Source of the DNA: Eledone cirrhosa
Lineage: Eukaryota
Assembly: GCA_964016885.1 (NCBI GenBank)
Contig: OZ024763.1
Coordinates: forward strand, 26,536,001 to 26,600,000
DNA length: 64,000 nt
Direction of reading: 5' to 3'
This document shows, in pieces, positions 1 to 15,027 of the stretch. Positions within the stretch are counted from its first letter, which is position 1. Every line of letters begins with the position of its first letter. Both the position numbers and the translations under genes were made by a program. The notes below the pieces were generated by a model. That model saw only the letters and a list, made by a program, of their open reading frames with translations, was not told the origin of the DNA and did no database searches.

Positions 1-1020
1 CGTAACTATGGTGGAAAGCATGACATCCGACCCTCCACCGATACTGCCAATCCACCGCCAGTTGTTTAATAACATCCATATAACATGAACATAACCTGAA
101 TATACTGTAAACCACACTGATTATATTACATTCTAGACGATTCTATGTTGTTTTTTTACAGATAAAGAACACTACCAGCTGAAATGCCACCTTTCATGGA
201 AACTTGCGAAAATAGTGCTGATTCTAAATTTCAGAAAAACCAAAATAATAATATATATATATATATATAAAAGTATGGGTGGGGTTTTAAAATGAAAAAC
301 TAATGGCATATTTAGAAATGAGACTGCATTTTAAGATCAACCTACCGTTGCAATTTGGACCAACACAGATTCGTTTCGCCTAAACACAGCACGCTTTTAA
401 AACTATGCAGTTTATGGCACCAGAATGTTAAAATACACATTCCCTTACCTCTCTATGTAGCCATGACGCATTTTAAGGTCAGAAGCAGTCTAGAAAGTAT
501 GTAGCCAAATTTGTCAACGCAACAAAATAAGAAGCTACAACTTCATGAAATATTAATTTCACAAAAATAACATACTTCACAAAAAAATAAAGAATTGTTT
601 CTGAGTTTAGGCAAAAAGGCAAACAATTTTTTGAGGGGTGGGTCGATTAAATTGACCCCAATATATATGCATATTTTCATCTGGTTTCTTATTTGCTGAG
701 GTACAATGTTTCACTCAATGTCCTGTACCACATGAAACCACACTAGCAAGACATTCTTGGAAAGTACAACAGCACTATGACTGCATTACATTAAAAACTG
801 AAGCCATTAATTTTCAGAATACTGCAAATTTTCACAGCAATCCATCCACTATTAAAGATACTATAAACTTTTGAATTAACAAACCAGTTTTTAGATATTT
901 TCTGCTAAATCATTACAGGATGTTAAGAGATAATACTGCAAATGTTCACAACAATATCAACCAGTAAAAGATACTATATACATTTGAATTAAACCAGTTT
1001 TTAGATATTTTCTACTAAAT

Positions 1021-1721
1021 CAAAGGTTCTCAACGGGGGGCATATGCACCCCCGGGGGGGCGTTTGGGAGCAAGGTCGCGTTGGGGGGGGGCGTTTGGAG
1101 CTGGGGGAGGGGTGTTGGGAAGGCGTTGGAAGGCTCTTTATTTTGGTAAGTTTTATAAGCCATATTTGTATGTCTTTGAGACAGCCAGTGTGAATGCATT
1201 TGAATGAGCTTGCAGACAGCATAACTATAGTCTGACCGCAGCTGTGAGTAGGTGTGCAGGCATGTCCGGTAATTGACACGCTAATCGGTAATTGAGATCC
1301 TAAAAATGGAAAAACCCACAGTCAACTGGGTCAACGATACTTTGAGCGCAGCCAATTAGAATCTTATCTGTCCTTCACCGATAACAATGTATTTCATGTC
1401 TGAAATTATTGACTCAACCGTAACGAGTTAACACTATGTAGATCTATTTTATTCCCTATTGTATAAATAATATTACAAATAAAAAAAAAGAAAAGAAAAA
1501 ACCGAAGCGAGTAGCACACATCTAGGACCACATACAACACATAATCAGATAATACACACATCTTTGGAATATTGTTAATCAATTTTTTAGTAATCTACTG
1601 ATATAAAAATCAGTAGTATATTGAAAAATGGAAAAATAGGGACGCGGGGGGGGGGGGGGGGCGCTTGGTGATTTCGAGGGACAAAAGAGGGCGTTTGGCG
1701 TAAATGGGTTGAGAACCTGTG
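1021..1721. mobile_element. Non-autonomous hAT (Charlie-like) DNA transposon
   Basis: TIRs CAAAGGTTCTCAAC / GTTGAGAACCTGTG; 8-bp TSD TACTAAAT at 1013-1020 and 1722-1729; interrupts a minisatellite unit. Confidence 0.85.
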
Positions 1722-2197
1722 TACTAAATCATTACACTGTGTTAAGAGATAATACTGTAAATATTCACAACAATATGTCCACTAGTTAAAGATACTATAA
1801 ACATTTTAATTAAGCCAATTTTTTAATACTTTCTGCTGAATCATTACAGGATGCCCGATGATATGTGAAACTGGTTCTAACAGACGAAATATCTATTGAA
1901 ACGGCAGCCTAAATCAACATATTATGTATTAATTTATGAAAAGCACAGAATTTCTGATAACTGAAACATACCGAGGTCAGTCATGTTGATAACGAAACCG
2001 AGGAAACTCTTGGAATCATGCCAAGGACTTTGTAAAATATTTCATAGATAAGTTTTAATGCTTTTTAACTCTTAATATCTTGTGATGATTCAGCAGAAAA
2101 TATCTAAAAACTCAGCAGAAAATATCTAAAAACAGGTTAATTCAAATGTTTATAGTATCTTTACTCGTGGTATGAAAATTTGCAGTATTATTTCTTA

Positions 2198-2383
2198 GTG
2201 AATTGGCAGTATCGGTAGAGGTTTAGACGTCATGCTTTCTAGCATAGTTATGTCCCTTTACGATCTGAGTTCAAATCCCGCCGAGGTTAACTTTGCCTTT
2301 CATCCTTACGGGGGTCGATAAAATAAAGTACCAGTAATGTACTGGGTAATTGCTGGACTTGTGCCAAAAGTAGAAACAATTAT
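2198..2383 (+). mobile_element. tRNA-derived SINE, family 1
   Basis: Near-identical to 17264-17448. Older or partial copies at 1-58(-), 5900-6010(-), 8221-8430(+), 8460-8610(+), 11790-11955(-) and 13285-13500(-). Confidence 0.85.
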
Positions 2384-3897
2384 TTCTTAACATCTTCTAA
2401 TGATTTGGCAGAAATATCTAAAAAAAGATTTCTTAATTCAAATGTTTATAGTATCTTTACTAGTTAATAGACTGTTACAAAAATTCGCAATATTGCTTTA
2501 GCAGATAATATCTAAAAAAAGTTTGTTAATTCAAATGTCTAAAACAACTTTATCAAAAGACATATTGTTGTGAAATGTTCCAGTATTATCTCTAACATCA
2601 AAACAGGTTTATTAATTCAAATGTCTATAATATCTTTACTAGTAGACATATTGTTGTGAAAAATTACAGTAAACTAAAATCAATACTAATTGTTTATGTC
2701 GTGCAGTCGCAGTGTTGTTTGGTACTTTTAAAGGATGACCTGTTAACCCTTTAGCATTTACATTACTTTATATTTACTATTATATTTTCATGGTAAAGGT
2801 TTTACCTCAAATAATTATCTCACATGATATCGAATCTATGAGATTTTGATATTATTTATGTTAAGAACAATACCTTAACCCTTTAGCATTTAAACCGGCT
2901 GTATCCGGCTACAATTCTCTAGCCTCTTTCTGTTCAAGGTATTATTCTCAAAATAAATAATACCAAAATCTCATGGATTCCATATGTGGGATAATTGTTA
3001 GATAAAGCCTTTACCACAAAAATACAATAGTAAATATAGAGTACTGTAAATATTGATATTAGTATGAGTGGCCAGTTACGGCTGGTTTGAACAGAAAGAG
3101 GTGAGTTAGGCTGGTTTTAACAGAAAGAGGTGAGTTAATTCTGGCTGAATATGGCTGGTTTAAATGTTAAAGAGTTAATGAGGTTTCGTGCAGTACAGGA
3201 CATTAAGAATTAAAACATTGCTACCACACACAGAAAACTGACTGGTATGAGTGCTGGTAGAAACTTAGCAACATACAAGATCAGAGACTGATACCAACTT
3301 GGTGGGAAATATTTAATGAGTCAATGAAAAATATTTTTGAAGTTTGGGAGCATATTAATAAAAAGACCTGAGTGTAAAGGTGGTGGTGGTGGCAGTAGTG
3401 GTAGCACAACAGCCAACACTATTACTAGAAAGCCTTCCCAACCCTTTTACATTCATATCTAATTAATCATCGCTGTACACTTAGCTTTAGTTAAGGTAGA
3501 ACATAGACAAGAGAAACAAAGAAAGCCATACAAGTAGACACACACACACACATTGGCACACACAGACACACATACAAACAAACACACATACACACACACA
3601 GACATGTCTTCTCTTGCCAATAACAAGCAGTAACAAGTCACATACATATATATATATTCAGTTGAGATAAAAACCCTTCTATCTCAACTCAACAAGATAT
3701 TATTACTACACAACAGAGACAGACAGACAGAGAAAGAGATAGAGAGATAGTCAGTCTTCAATACACAAACACTCCAACTTATTTCTATGGAAAAATACAG
3801 AAGTTAAAAGCTGGAATACATTATAGTTAAATCTAAAACTTCAACAGAAACAAATGTTCACAATATGAATGGCATTTAACAACTACCAGTCTACTTC

Positions 3898-4514
<617 letters not shown>

Positions 4515-5112
4515 ATTAGTTACAAAAGTGACATGTACAGGTACTTGAGTTTCATTGGGTTGTTTGCCCCAACTCATTCAGCCTGTCATAAAAAGAAAGA
4601 TGGCTTCTCACCGTGGGGAATTTAGAAATAGATATATGAGAGTTCTAAGGGCAGGTAATTATACATAACTCGTCCTATGGATTGAGTGCTCTAAACCCTT
4701 GGATATTTATACCAAGTTAGTACTACAGTCCGTAAGTTGTCAACTTATGGACTGGACTTGATCTTTAAACTCTGCTGTTGGTGATCGAACTTTGTGGAGA
4801 AAAATATCACATATGGATGTGATGCAACTGGCGGAGTTTAGCATCAAAGTAGTAGTACTACAGTGTGTTTGTGTACCCTTTGTTACCATCTTTCTAATCC
4901 TAGACACTAGCTATAATTTTTTTTACAATTTTGAAAATAATCAAGAATTTGGATGAATTTAGCAATATAACTAACTTTCTTATTGAATTAGTGTTTGGAG
5001 CATATCTTAAAGGTTCTTACATAAAATCATGATAGTAGATTTATATATATATATACATATATATAGTAAAATAATACAAGAACGAGTGGTTACTTCATTA
5101 CGTTTATTGGTT

Positions 5113-5197
5113 GGTGACCCACGTTTCGCCACTGATCAGCTCAAGGTCCGATCTGTATCGATCTAGCCCGACTCTGTAATCTACGGCTCGTCAGGCC
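5113..5197 (-). ncRNA. Type I hammerhead ribozyme motif with long stem II, in a palindromic element
   Basis: Minus strand: ggc CTGACGA GCC...GGC GAAAC gtgg GTC acc; stem I has one mismatch. Confidence 0.6.
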
Positions 5198-7560
5198 CCT
5201 TATAATGGTAATGGAAAAATGATTCGAGTCGGGTCAGATCGATACAGATCGAACCTTGAGCTGATCAGTGATGAAACGCGCATCACCAACCAATAAACGT
5301 AATGAAGGAGTAACCACTTGTCCTTGTTTTATTTCATTATAATACACTCTGTCTAGCTCTACACCTCGACACAGAAGTGAACCTAAACATTAATTGCTCA
5401 CCCGGGTGAACCTACAGTAACTCTAAGTTGCGCGCGCGTGCGTGTGGTTCTTACATAAAATCACGTTGAGAGATTTTTAGATAAATAAACACTTTCACCA
5501 TGCCGTAATTAATTTTTTTTAATTAAAAACACTTAGAAGGTTCTTAAGAGAAATGATGATGGGGAGGAAGGTTTTTAGATAAATATAAATAAACACTTTA
5601 GCACTTTTGTTACCATATTTCTAATGAAAAATACTGCCAGTGATTTTCAATTCCAAAAATAAGAATTTGGAGGGATTTACTGATAGAATATTTTCATTGT
5701 TAAGCTGGTGTTTAGAACATAACTAAACAAAGGTTCTTACATTAAATTATAACAGTAGAAAATAATTTGAACATGGTACATGGAAAATAATGAGAACATG
5801 GTACAAGGTACTGACAAACACACTAGCAGAGTCCAAACTCAAAACACAGTGTGAGGACTAAATACCATTTGTCATGTTGCTACCCACTTGTATGAAATAA
5901 TGGTTTCTGATTTAGGCACAAGGCCAACAATTTGGAGGGAGAAAGGGAAGTCAATGAAATCAACCCAGTGCATGATTGGTACTTCACTTTATCGACCCTG
6001 TGAGGATGGAAGACTATGAAAATAATACAATAGTAAATATAGAGTAATGCAAATGCTAAGGGTTAGCCTTTAATATGATAATCATAGTGCTGTTTTATAC
6101 GCTTCAAGAATGTCTTGCTAATATGGTTTCATATGGTTTGTTTATTCAAATATTTAGATCTTTACTAGTAGACAGATTGTGGTGAAAATTTGCAGTATTA
6201 GAGAGTAAAGACTTCAATATTTAATGTGATGTAGTCATAGTATTGCTTCATACTTTCAAGGCTGTCTTGTTAATTCAAATCATCATCATCGCTGTTTAAC
6301 GGCCATCTTCCATGCTAGCACAGGTTAGACGAGTTTCTCCCATTTAGAGGCCAAGTTGGGTCGGGTGACCATATCTCGCTCATATAACTGCTTCTGGCTG
6401 GTTTTCTACGCCCTTCCTAACGCCAAACACATTTACAGTGTGGGCTGGGTGCTTTTTGTCGTGACATCTACACAACCACTTTACAGTGTGCTGGGCGCTT
6501 TTTGATGTGTCTCCTACATGACCACTTTACAGTGTCGGCTGGTGATTTCTGACGTGTCACCTACACAACCACTTTACAGTGTGGACCGGGTGCTTTTTGC
6601 TGTGTCTCTTACACGACAACTTTACAGTGTGGGCTGGGTGTTTTTTATCGTGACATCACTTTTAGTGCACAGATTGTTATAAAATTATGCAGTAAACAAA
6701 AGCAAAGACATTAATCTTTTTAATGTGATTAAGTGATAGGTGTTTTGTACTTTTAAAGACTGTCCCACTAATGTCGCTTAATGGGGTACAGGATGTTAAG
6801 ACTTAATTCATAAAAATTAGACAAAAAACACAGTTCTTTAGTAATGAAAAGGTTTGGAACTATAGATATAAAATTTAATTAAAGTTAACGCATGGTTAGT
6901 CCTTGATAAGCCCATGGGGAGGTGAAGAAAACAACAAACAAAAAACGAAGAAAAAAACTGGAATGTAGATACATCTGAGAGTTGAACTCCAGATATCAGA
7001 AAAACAAAGACTTCTAAGTAGTGCAACCATAAAGCCTTGCCAACTCACCAACATTTACAGCATTCCTGTGTAACATTCCATAGCCATATAACAGAAACAA
7101 TTGCCAACAACACAGAATAACTGTGCAGTTAGAAGAATCAATAGTTTGGCTGTTTTACTACACACATACATATGTAGAGATATATGTACATATACACATA
7201 TATAGACATACATACACACATGTATATACATCCAGAGAGAGACTCATATACACATATATAGACTCAAATATATATACATATATACACACACATATATATA
7301 CATACAGAGAGAGAGAGACTTACATACATACATATACACACACACATATATATACATACACAGAGAGAGAGACTTACATACATACATATATACACACACA
7401 TATATATACATACACAGAGAGAGAGAGAGAGAGAGACTTACATATATAGTGTGTGTGTGTGTGTGTGTGCACATGTATATACATCCAGGGAGAGACTCAT
7501 ATACACACATATATATACAGACTCAAATATATATACATATATACACACACATATATATAC

Positions 7561-7591
<31 letters not shown>

Positions 7592-10341
7592 CTTACATAT
7601 ATACAGTGTGTGCGTGTGCGTGTGCGCGCGCGGTGCGTGTGTGTGTGCGGTGCATGTGCGTGTGTAGACTCAGAGGAAGCTTTTGTTGTTTATATTAAAA
7701 CTCCATTGCAAGAGATTCAGCAGAAATTTCAAAGCTGGGAATATATTAAATTAAGTTTGTAGTTGTTCTCTCTCTCTCTCCATTTCCCAATAGACACCAG
7801 AGAAAATCAACACAACACAACCAAATAAACCACTTGCAATGCAGCTGCCGACCACCTTTCACTGAACCATACTTCGGTATAAAAAAAAAACATTTTAAAA
7901 ACCCACTGGCAGAGCCCAAATAACTAAATCAAGTTTTAGAAAAATAATGATACTCAAATCTCCAGAGATATGCCATAAAATCTTTACTTATATTTCAGGG
8001 TTGTCTTAAAAAACAAACAACGCTCCAGCTCAAGGGAAAAACAAAGAAACAGTCAGACAAACCACAGCCATTCTGTCCTCCTTTTCTGTATTCCAGTTAC
8101 CCCCAAACATATTTTTGCCGTGGCTCCCACGCGCAAGTGAGCTAAATAATTAAAAAAATCCACTGTTGCAATATGGAGAGATGCTGTTGAGTTCTAACAA
8201 TCTTTTGCTTCTATTATTTGGGTGGTGGATTGGCAGAGCACCGGACAGTATATTTTGTGGCATAGAGTAACGTCCCTTTACGCTTTGATTTTAAATCCCA
8301 CTGAGGTTAGATTTGCCTATCATCCTTACAGGGTCGATAAAATAAAGCACCAGTAATGCACTGGGGTCAATTTAATCAACATTCCCACTTTCCGTTCAAA
8401 TTGTAGGTCGTGTGCCTAAATCAGAAACCATTGTTTGCTTTATGAGAGCTGAAGGGTGAAGTGAATTGACAGAGTTGTTAGAACATCAGACAAAATGCTT
8501 AGCAGTATTGGTTCTGGTCCTCTGAGTTCAAATCCTACCAAAGTCAAGTTTGCCTTTCATCCCTCCAAGGTCGATAAAATAAAGTACCAGTCAAGTACTA
8601 GGGTCAATATAATCGGCTTTTCCCTTCCTCGAAAATTGTATATAAGACGATCTACAGGATACATGCACCCAATACATGCGGTAAAATGTTTTGGTGATGG
8701 GAAGGGCATTCAGCCATAGAAAGCTTGCCAAACAAAGGGTTGGGAGGACTCTTCAGTTGTGTCAAAGACATGACAACCTCTCCTGTGCACTCAATAGAAC
8801 ACGAGACCATAAGTAAGCAAAATGCAGCTCTCTGGCTGGTCTTGGAGATCAATAGCTCCGTTTCAACACAGTCTATGTAGACCCATCCAATCCTTGCTAG
8901 CAGGGAAAGCAGATGTTAATACGATGATGATGATGATGTATATAAATTTGCAGGAGAATCACAAATTACCCTATTTTTAAATCAGTGTATTTTGGCAACA
9001 ACTTTCACATATTACACAGCAACAGCAACAATAACAACACAAGAATAGACAAAAAAAAAAAAACCACTAAAGTTATTAACCTAAAAACACTAAAATGTTT
9101 AATCACAATAGTTTGGATTTTTCAAAAGGACACAAAAAACATTAGTGCCAAAATTACATACATACATATACATACAGGTTTGTCAACATATATATACATA
9201 CATACATATTCGTCTACATACATGCAGGTTTATTGACATACATACATACAGATTCGCTGACATAATATATATACATACAGGTTCGTCTACATACAATGAC
9301 GCTCACAATTTCATGTAAATAGTTTTAAATAATACCATGTACCCAGTAATCATGACAATAGCTTGTTATGTTCACAATATACAATCATCATCATCTTTTT
9401 GGCTAAGTTATGCTGTGGGGTAAAGCCACCTCTACCACCACCACCATCCTTATCACCATTGAGATCATTTTGTGATATGCTTCTGTGCTGGCATAGGTTG
9501 CATAGACATGTCGTCACAGTTTGAAACTAGCTGGCCGTGTCGGAGACCTATCTCTTGCTTGTGTGCTCCATTCTAGATAAGATTTCTATGACATCAAATG
9601 GATGAAAGGCAAGTTTGACAGTGGCGAGATTTGGAATCTTTGAGAGTAGAAAGTCGAAATGAATACTGCGAAGCGCTCTACCCAACATTCTTAATGACTG
9701 CAACTTCGCCGCAAAGTACTGAGATAGAAATTAACCAGATATACACCACAAGTTGGCGCTAGTTTTTAAATGGTTCAAGTAGATTGAAGTAAAGGATAGT
9801 TTGAGAGATGATTCATATGTATATAGAAGTTTGTGTGTGTGTGTGTCATCATCATCATCATCACTATTTAACATTCATTTTTCCACGCTAGCATGGGTTA
9901 GACGAGTTGTCTTCTTGTAAGCAATGCCAAGTCAGGTGACCATGTCTTGCTCACACAGAACTGATTTTGGCTTGGTTTCTACAGCTGGATGCCCTTCCTA
10001 ACACCCATAGTGTGTGTGTGCGTGTGTAAATGTAAACATATAGTGTGTAGGTGTAAATGAATAGTGTGTGTAGATGTAAATATATACTGTGTGTGAGTAT
10101 GTGTAGATGTAAATGCATAATTTACATAATTCGTGTGTAGATGTAAGTGTAGTGTGTGCATGTATAGTGTGTGTGTGTGTAGTAGATGTATGGTATGCAT
10201 AAAGTATGCGTGTTTGTGAGTATAGATGAATGTGTTGATGTATGGTGTGTATAGATGTGTTATAGTGTGTCTGTGTGTGCATGCAAGGTATTACACAGAT
10301 GCATGAGTCATTATTTCATAATATGATAAGAAGGAAGAGTG

Positions 10342-10423
<82 letters not shown>

Positions 10424-10800
10424 AGAGAGAGAGAGAGAGAGATTGCTATATGGAACAGGAGTTCAGTCAATTAAAATACGAATGAACGCTAAGTCAGATA
10501 GATGAAAGGAGAAGGAAGGTCGCTAACGAAACAGCTAGGATAACTAACGACATTTAGAATTGTACCGACAAGCAAAACATGGTCACCTGATAGCTTCAGT
10601 ATGTGACGACAATCCAGCTAACTCAAGCAAGCATGGAAACTTACCGTCCTTATTACATCCATTTTTTTTCTTTTTTTTTTTTTAATGGTCGTATGGGTTG
10701 GATGGATCTTTGCCAACGCAGCTTAACCTCTACATGTGCTCCTGCCGTAACAATTTCAAATCTATTCTTACTATCTCTGCCCAGCTTCCCTATAACTTAA

Positions 10801-11257
10801 CCCTTTAGCATTTACATTACTCTATATTTACAACTAGCAAAAGAGCCAGTCATTGCTAGGCACACCTTTCGCCACTGTAAATAAAGACCCCCTTCTCTCT
10901 TCAACATGGCTGTCTTTAAATAGCCCCAGAACTCTGCTATTTTAGGGGAGAGAAAGATTTAAACTATATGTTGACATGCTCCGGGAGCTAAATAACCTAT
11001 GTATCAAATTTGAACAAAATCGGATGGAAACTGGAAATGCATCGCTTGCATACAGACAGACATTTTCGTTTTTATATATATAGAGAGAGATTATATTTTC
11101 ATGGTAAACACTTTATCTCACATAATATCGAATCTATGAGATTAAGATATTTATTTTGAGAACGATACCCTATAATTGGATTTTGAGAACGATACCCTAT
11201 CAACAGATAAAGGGGAGAGAATTCTGGCAGGATACAGCCGGTATAAATGCTAAAGGG
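10801..11257. mobile_element. TTAA-flanked (piggyBac-like) MITE carrying a Helitron insertion
   Basis: TTAA|CCCTTTAGCATTTA ... TAAATGCTAAAGGG|TTAA. Related copies at 17849-18053, about 2747-3174 and 18610-19010. Confidence 0.75.
10834..11090 (-). mobile_element. Non-autonomous Helitron-like element
   Basis: On minus strand begins A|TC(TC)nTATATATATAAAA and ends ...TTTTGCTAG|T, with no TSD; interrupts the TTAA MITE at an AT site relative to the uninterrupted copy at 17849. Confidence 0.65.
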
Positions 11258-12279
11258 TTAAAAGACTAATGTATTCGATAAAGTGAAGGCACGTGGCTTA
11301 GTGGTTAGAGAATTGAATTCGGAATAGTGAGGTTGTGAGTACAATTCCTGCACCAGAAAAAAACGAGGAAGACACTTTATTTCACATTTCTCTTTCTGCC
11401 AGGATTTGCGACTGATTGTATCAGCAATGGAAAGACCAATGGAAACATTGTTTCCTTGGTCCAATTGGTGAGTTCCACACCACTCGTAAGCGAATGAGGT
11501 CTGGGATCTTGTTGATCGTTGGGAGAGATATTCGATAATGTGGTCTCAATAACAGACGAGAATGGCCATAGCAAATATGAATTGCTTCTTTTACAGAAAT
11601 AAACATACAACCAACTATTTTTCTCAACAATTATATGTATGCATGGTTCTGTAAACTCCTGCGGAAGTCAGAGGAGTGCTATATTGACATTCAACGTTAC
11701 TAGAGCATTTTAAAACCTGGTGGAGCCCATCTCCTCTACAGCAGATTTCTTTCAGAAAAGAAAAGAGAGAAAGTAATATAGAGGAAGGATCAACCCCAGT
11801 ACTAGGCTGGTACTTTTTTTTCTTTCTTTTTAATCGACCTCGAATGAATAGAAGGCAAAGTTATCTCCGCGGGATTCAAACTCAGAGAGCAGAGACTGAA
11901 ACGAATACCACAAAGCATTCTATCTGACGTTCTAACAACTCTGCAAATTCACCGCCTTCAACAATTATATGATAAAATTGAAACTATTAATCTCAATGAC
12001 TAAAATTATGTACCATATATGGTAGTGTATAAGCCACAGCTTTTTAAACACATTATATAGAAAGCCATTGTATAGTTTATCTGTTCGAACTAAAACAAAC
12101 TCCAATTTAAAATAGAAACCACATGTACAAATAAATTACTCTACAGTTCACATCCTTGTCTTTCTGACATCATAAATCAAAGGAGGGCTGTCTTAGCTGG
12201 ACATGTGAAACATCACAATGAATCTTCTGGCAAAGTTCTTCGCTGGAAACCAGATGACTGCCAGACAAGTTGGGAGACT

Positions 12280-12670
12280 AAACATCACACTGAAGGATAT
12301 GTCCTTGAAGAGGACAGGGTTGGGGGCAAGGAAACTTTCACATTGAAGGATGTCTTTGAAGATGACAAAGGAACTTCATATCACACTGAAGAATGTCCTT
12401 GAAGATGACACATTTAGAGGCAAGGCGACTTTATATCACACTAAAAGATGTCCTTGAATATGACACTGGATTAGAGGCAAGGGGACTTCATATCACACTG
12501 AAGGACGTCCTTGAATATGACAACGTTTAGAGGCAAGGGGACTTCATATCACACTAAAGGATGTCCTTAAAGATGAGACAGGGTTAGAGGCAAGGGAACC
12601 TAATATCACACTGAAGGATGTCCTTGAATATGACACTGGGCTAGAAGCAAGGGAACTTCATATCACATGA
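12280..12670. repeat. ~60-bp minisatellite, about 6 units
   Basis: atatcacactgaaggatgtccttgaa(g/t)atgaca...ttagaggcaaggggacttc repeated. Confidence 0.9.
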
Positions 12671-13968
12671 CAATGCTGGACAGGGTGAGCGGAAGGAAGA
12701 ACTTTGTCATGGCACCAGTAACAGATATGTAGAAGAAAAGACTGTATGTATATTGTGTGCCTCCAATTTAGACAGAAGTTCACTGTTCTCTTCATGCCTT
12801 ACGAGACAACTAATAAACGTCTGGTGCCAGGAAAGGGATGTGGTCGTAAGGACCCTATGATGGGTACAAAGACTGTCATAGGGCCCCAGCAAGCTAACCC
12901 CTCCCTGCTTTAGCAAGGGAGATCATCTGAACACGTTTGTTGCTGTTGTGTTTGTACTATTCCAAATGTATGTAAAATAGAAATACAACTTATCTACCAG
13001 TGCGACTTATAGAAGAGTACAAATGGTTTATTAACACGAGTATATATGGTTTTATACATGAGTATATATGGTATATATTCTTGTTTCTGCTATTCCAAAT
13101 TTAAGTATGTAAAATAAAAATACAACTTCTCTACCACTGTGACTTATACACAAATACATGTGGCCTTATACATGAATGTGGTTTATATTTTTGCTTCTTC
13201 CGATAAAACACTAAAAGCAAGGTTATATTGTATTTTCACAAGTTTTCCTCTCGGTCTTTCACGGTTAGTTAATAGGTTAGTCAATAATTGTTTCTGATTT
13301 AGGCACAAGGCCAACCATTTTAGGAGAAGAAGGAAAAGTTGATTAAATCAACCATGGTGCATTACTGGTACTTTATTTTATCGACCCCATGAGGATGAAA
13401 GGCAAAGTCAAACTCAGCAGAATTTAAACTCAATGTAAAAAGCTAGAACAAATACGCTAAGCATTTTGTCTGATGCTCTAACGACTCTACCAATCTTCCA
13501 CCTTCAGACCGTAATTATAAACGAGAAGTAAGCCAGAAGCAATGAGAGTCTAAACACATTGATATTTGCTGAGGACCCTTATCCCGGAATTATTTAAACG
13601 TTGATTTCAAAAGTAACCTACTTAGAAAGACCAGTCCTTAAATCTTTACAAAACAACAATTAGAAATGAGGAAATAACTTAAACAAGGGGATGAAATAAT
13701 TGGCTTTCAGGGTGATTAGAGGAGTGGCGATATCACAAGAAAACAACCTGCTTTATGTCTGTATATACAATACATTTACACAAACATCTTTCAGCTATTA
13801 TATATATATATATATAGTGTAGGGGATTCAACGAATTACTGGTGGTGATACACAATAAAAAATCTTATACATGTAAACGAAACTTCCTCGTTTTATTCTT
13901 TTATATATATATATATATATATATTAAGAGAGTAAAACAAAGAATCCTTTAATACATCAAAAGTTTTT

Positions 13969-14013
13969 ATTAGCCGACAATGTTTCGTCCTATTAAGGAC
14001 TCATCAGGGCAAT
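13969..14013 (-). ncRNA. Minimal type I hammerhead ribozyme
   Basis: Minus strand: attgcc CTGATGA GTCCT taat AGGAC GAA ACA t TGT C ggctaat. Intact core, 5-bp stem II, GUC cleavage triplet, gcc/ggc stem I. Confidence 0.85.
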
Positions 14014-14341
14014 CAAAACAACAAGAAGTAATATCGGCAGATACAAGCCGGAAACTCTAAAGAATATGGAGTGTGCATACACTAAAGTCTTACAAAAATA
14101 TATGATAATAAAAATGAAAATAAAAATAAAAATAAAAATAATAAAAATATATAATAATAAGAATAACTAAGGATGTAGATAACATTAAGAACCATATTAC
14201 AAACTTTTGATGTATTAAAGGATCCTTTGTTTTACTCTCTTAATTTTTTGGCTCTGTTTAACTGCATTGAGCTATACCTTTTACTGTCATTTCTATAATA
14301 CGAAGAGGGTGTTTAACTCCAACACGCTCCAGTATTCTAAT

Positions 14342-14392
<51 letters not shown>

Positions 14393-14842
14393 TTAAAATT
14401 GAGAACGGCTCTGTGTGGTTACTAATAAATATTATTTACACAAGGACAGTTCCCGCTCATCAGCTATCTTCTGTGGATCACTGATGTTTCAAACGCATTA
14501 AAGTACACCTCACCAGTGTGTTGATAGCTAAAATCTCTCAATTATCTCCCACAACCCAATCAGCTCAAGGAACAGATTCTGAGCTCTTTATAAATCATAG
14601 TTAAGTGGATGAGGTCTGGGATCTTGTCGATTGACTAAATAAATATATATATACATATATATATATGAAAAGATTCAGGACCCCGACAACTGAGCTCCGG
14701 CCGTTTCGACAGCTAAATCCGAACGATATACATAGACAGACACACATATATTGTAGTACAAATTTGGTATAAAAATCCAAGGGTTTAGAGCACTCAGTTG
14801 TAGGACAAGTTATGTAGGACAAGTTATGTATAATCCGTTACA

Positions 14843-15027
14843 ATAATTGTTTCTACTTTAAGCACAAGGCCAGCAATTACCCAGTGCATTACTGGTACTT
14901 TATTTTATCGACCCCGTAAGGATGAAAGGCAAAGTCAACCTCGGCGGGATTTGAACTCAGATCGTAAAGGGATGTAACTATGCTGGAAAGCATGGCGTCC
15001 GACCCTCTACCGATACCACCAATCCGC
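14843..15027 (-). mobile_element. tRNA-derived SINE, family 1
   Basis: Reverse complement of the 17264-17448 element. Confidence 0.87.

Larger units (their letters stand above)
790..2670. repeat. ~115-120-bp AT-rich repeat family in tandem and inverted clusters
   Basis: Unit aatactgcaaattttcac...aaagatactataaacatttgaattaa...tttttagatattttctgctaaatcattacagg; forward at 790-1020 and 1722-1850, inverted at about 2080-2670, again at 21900-22160. Confidence 0.75.

Noticed and set aside
12280-12670. Regularly spaced repeats here and at 23565-24052 and 44403-45560 resembling CRISPR arrays
   Set aside because: The intervening sequences are themselves homologous, there are no cas genes, and the context is eukaryotic; these are minisatellites.
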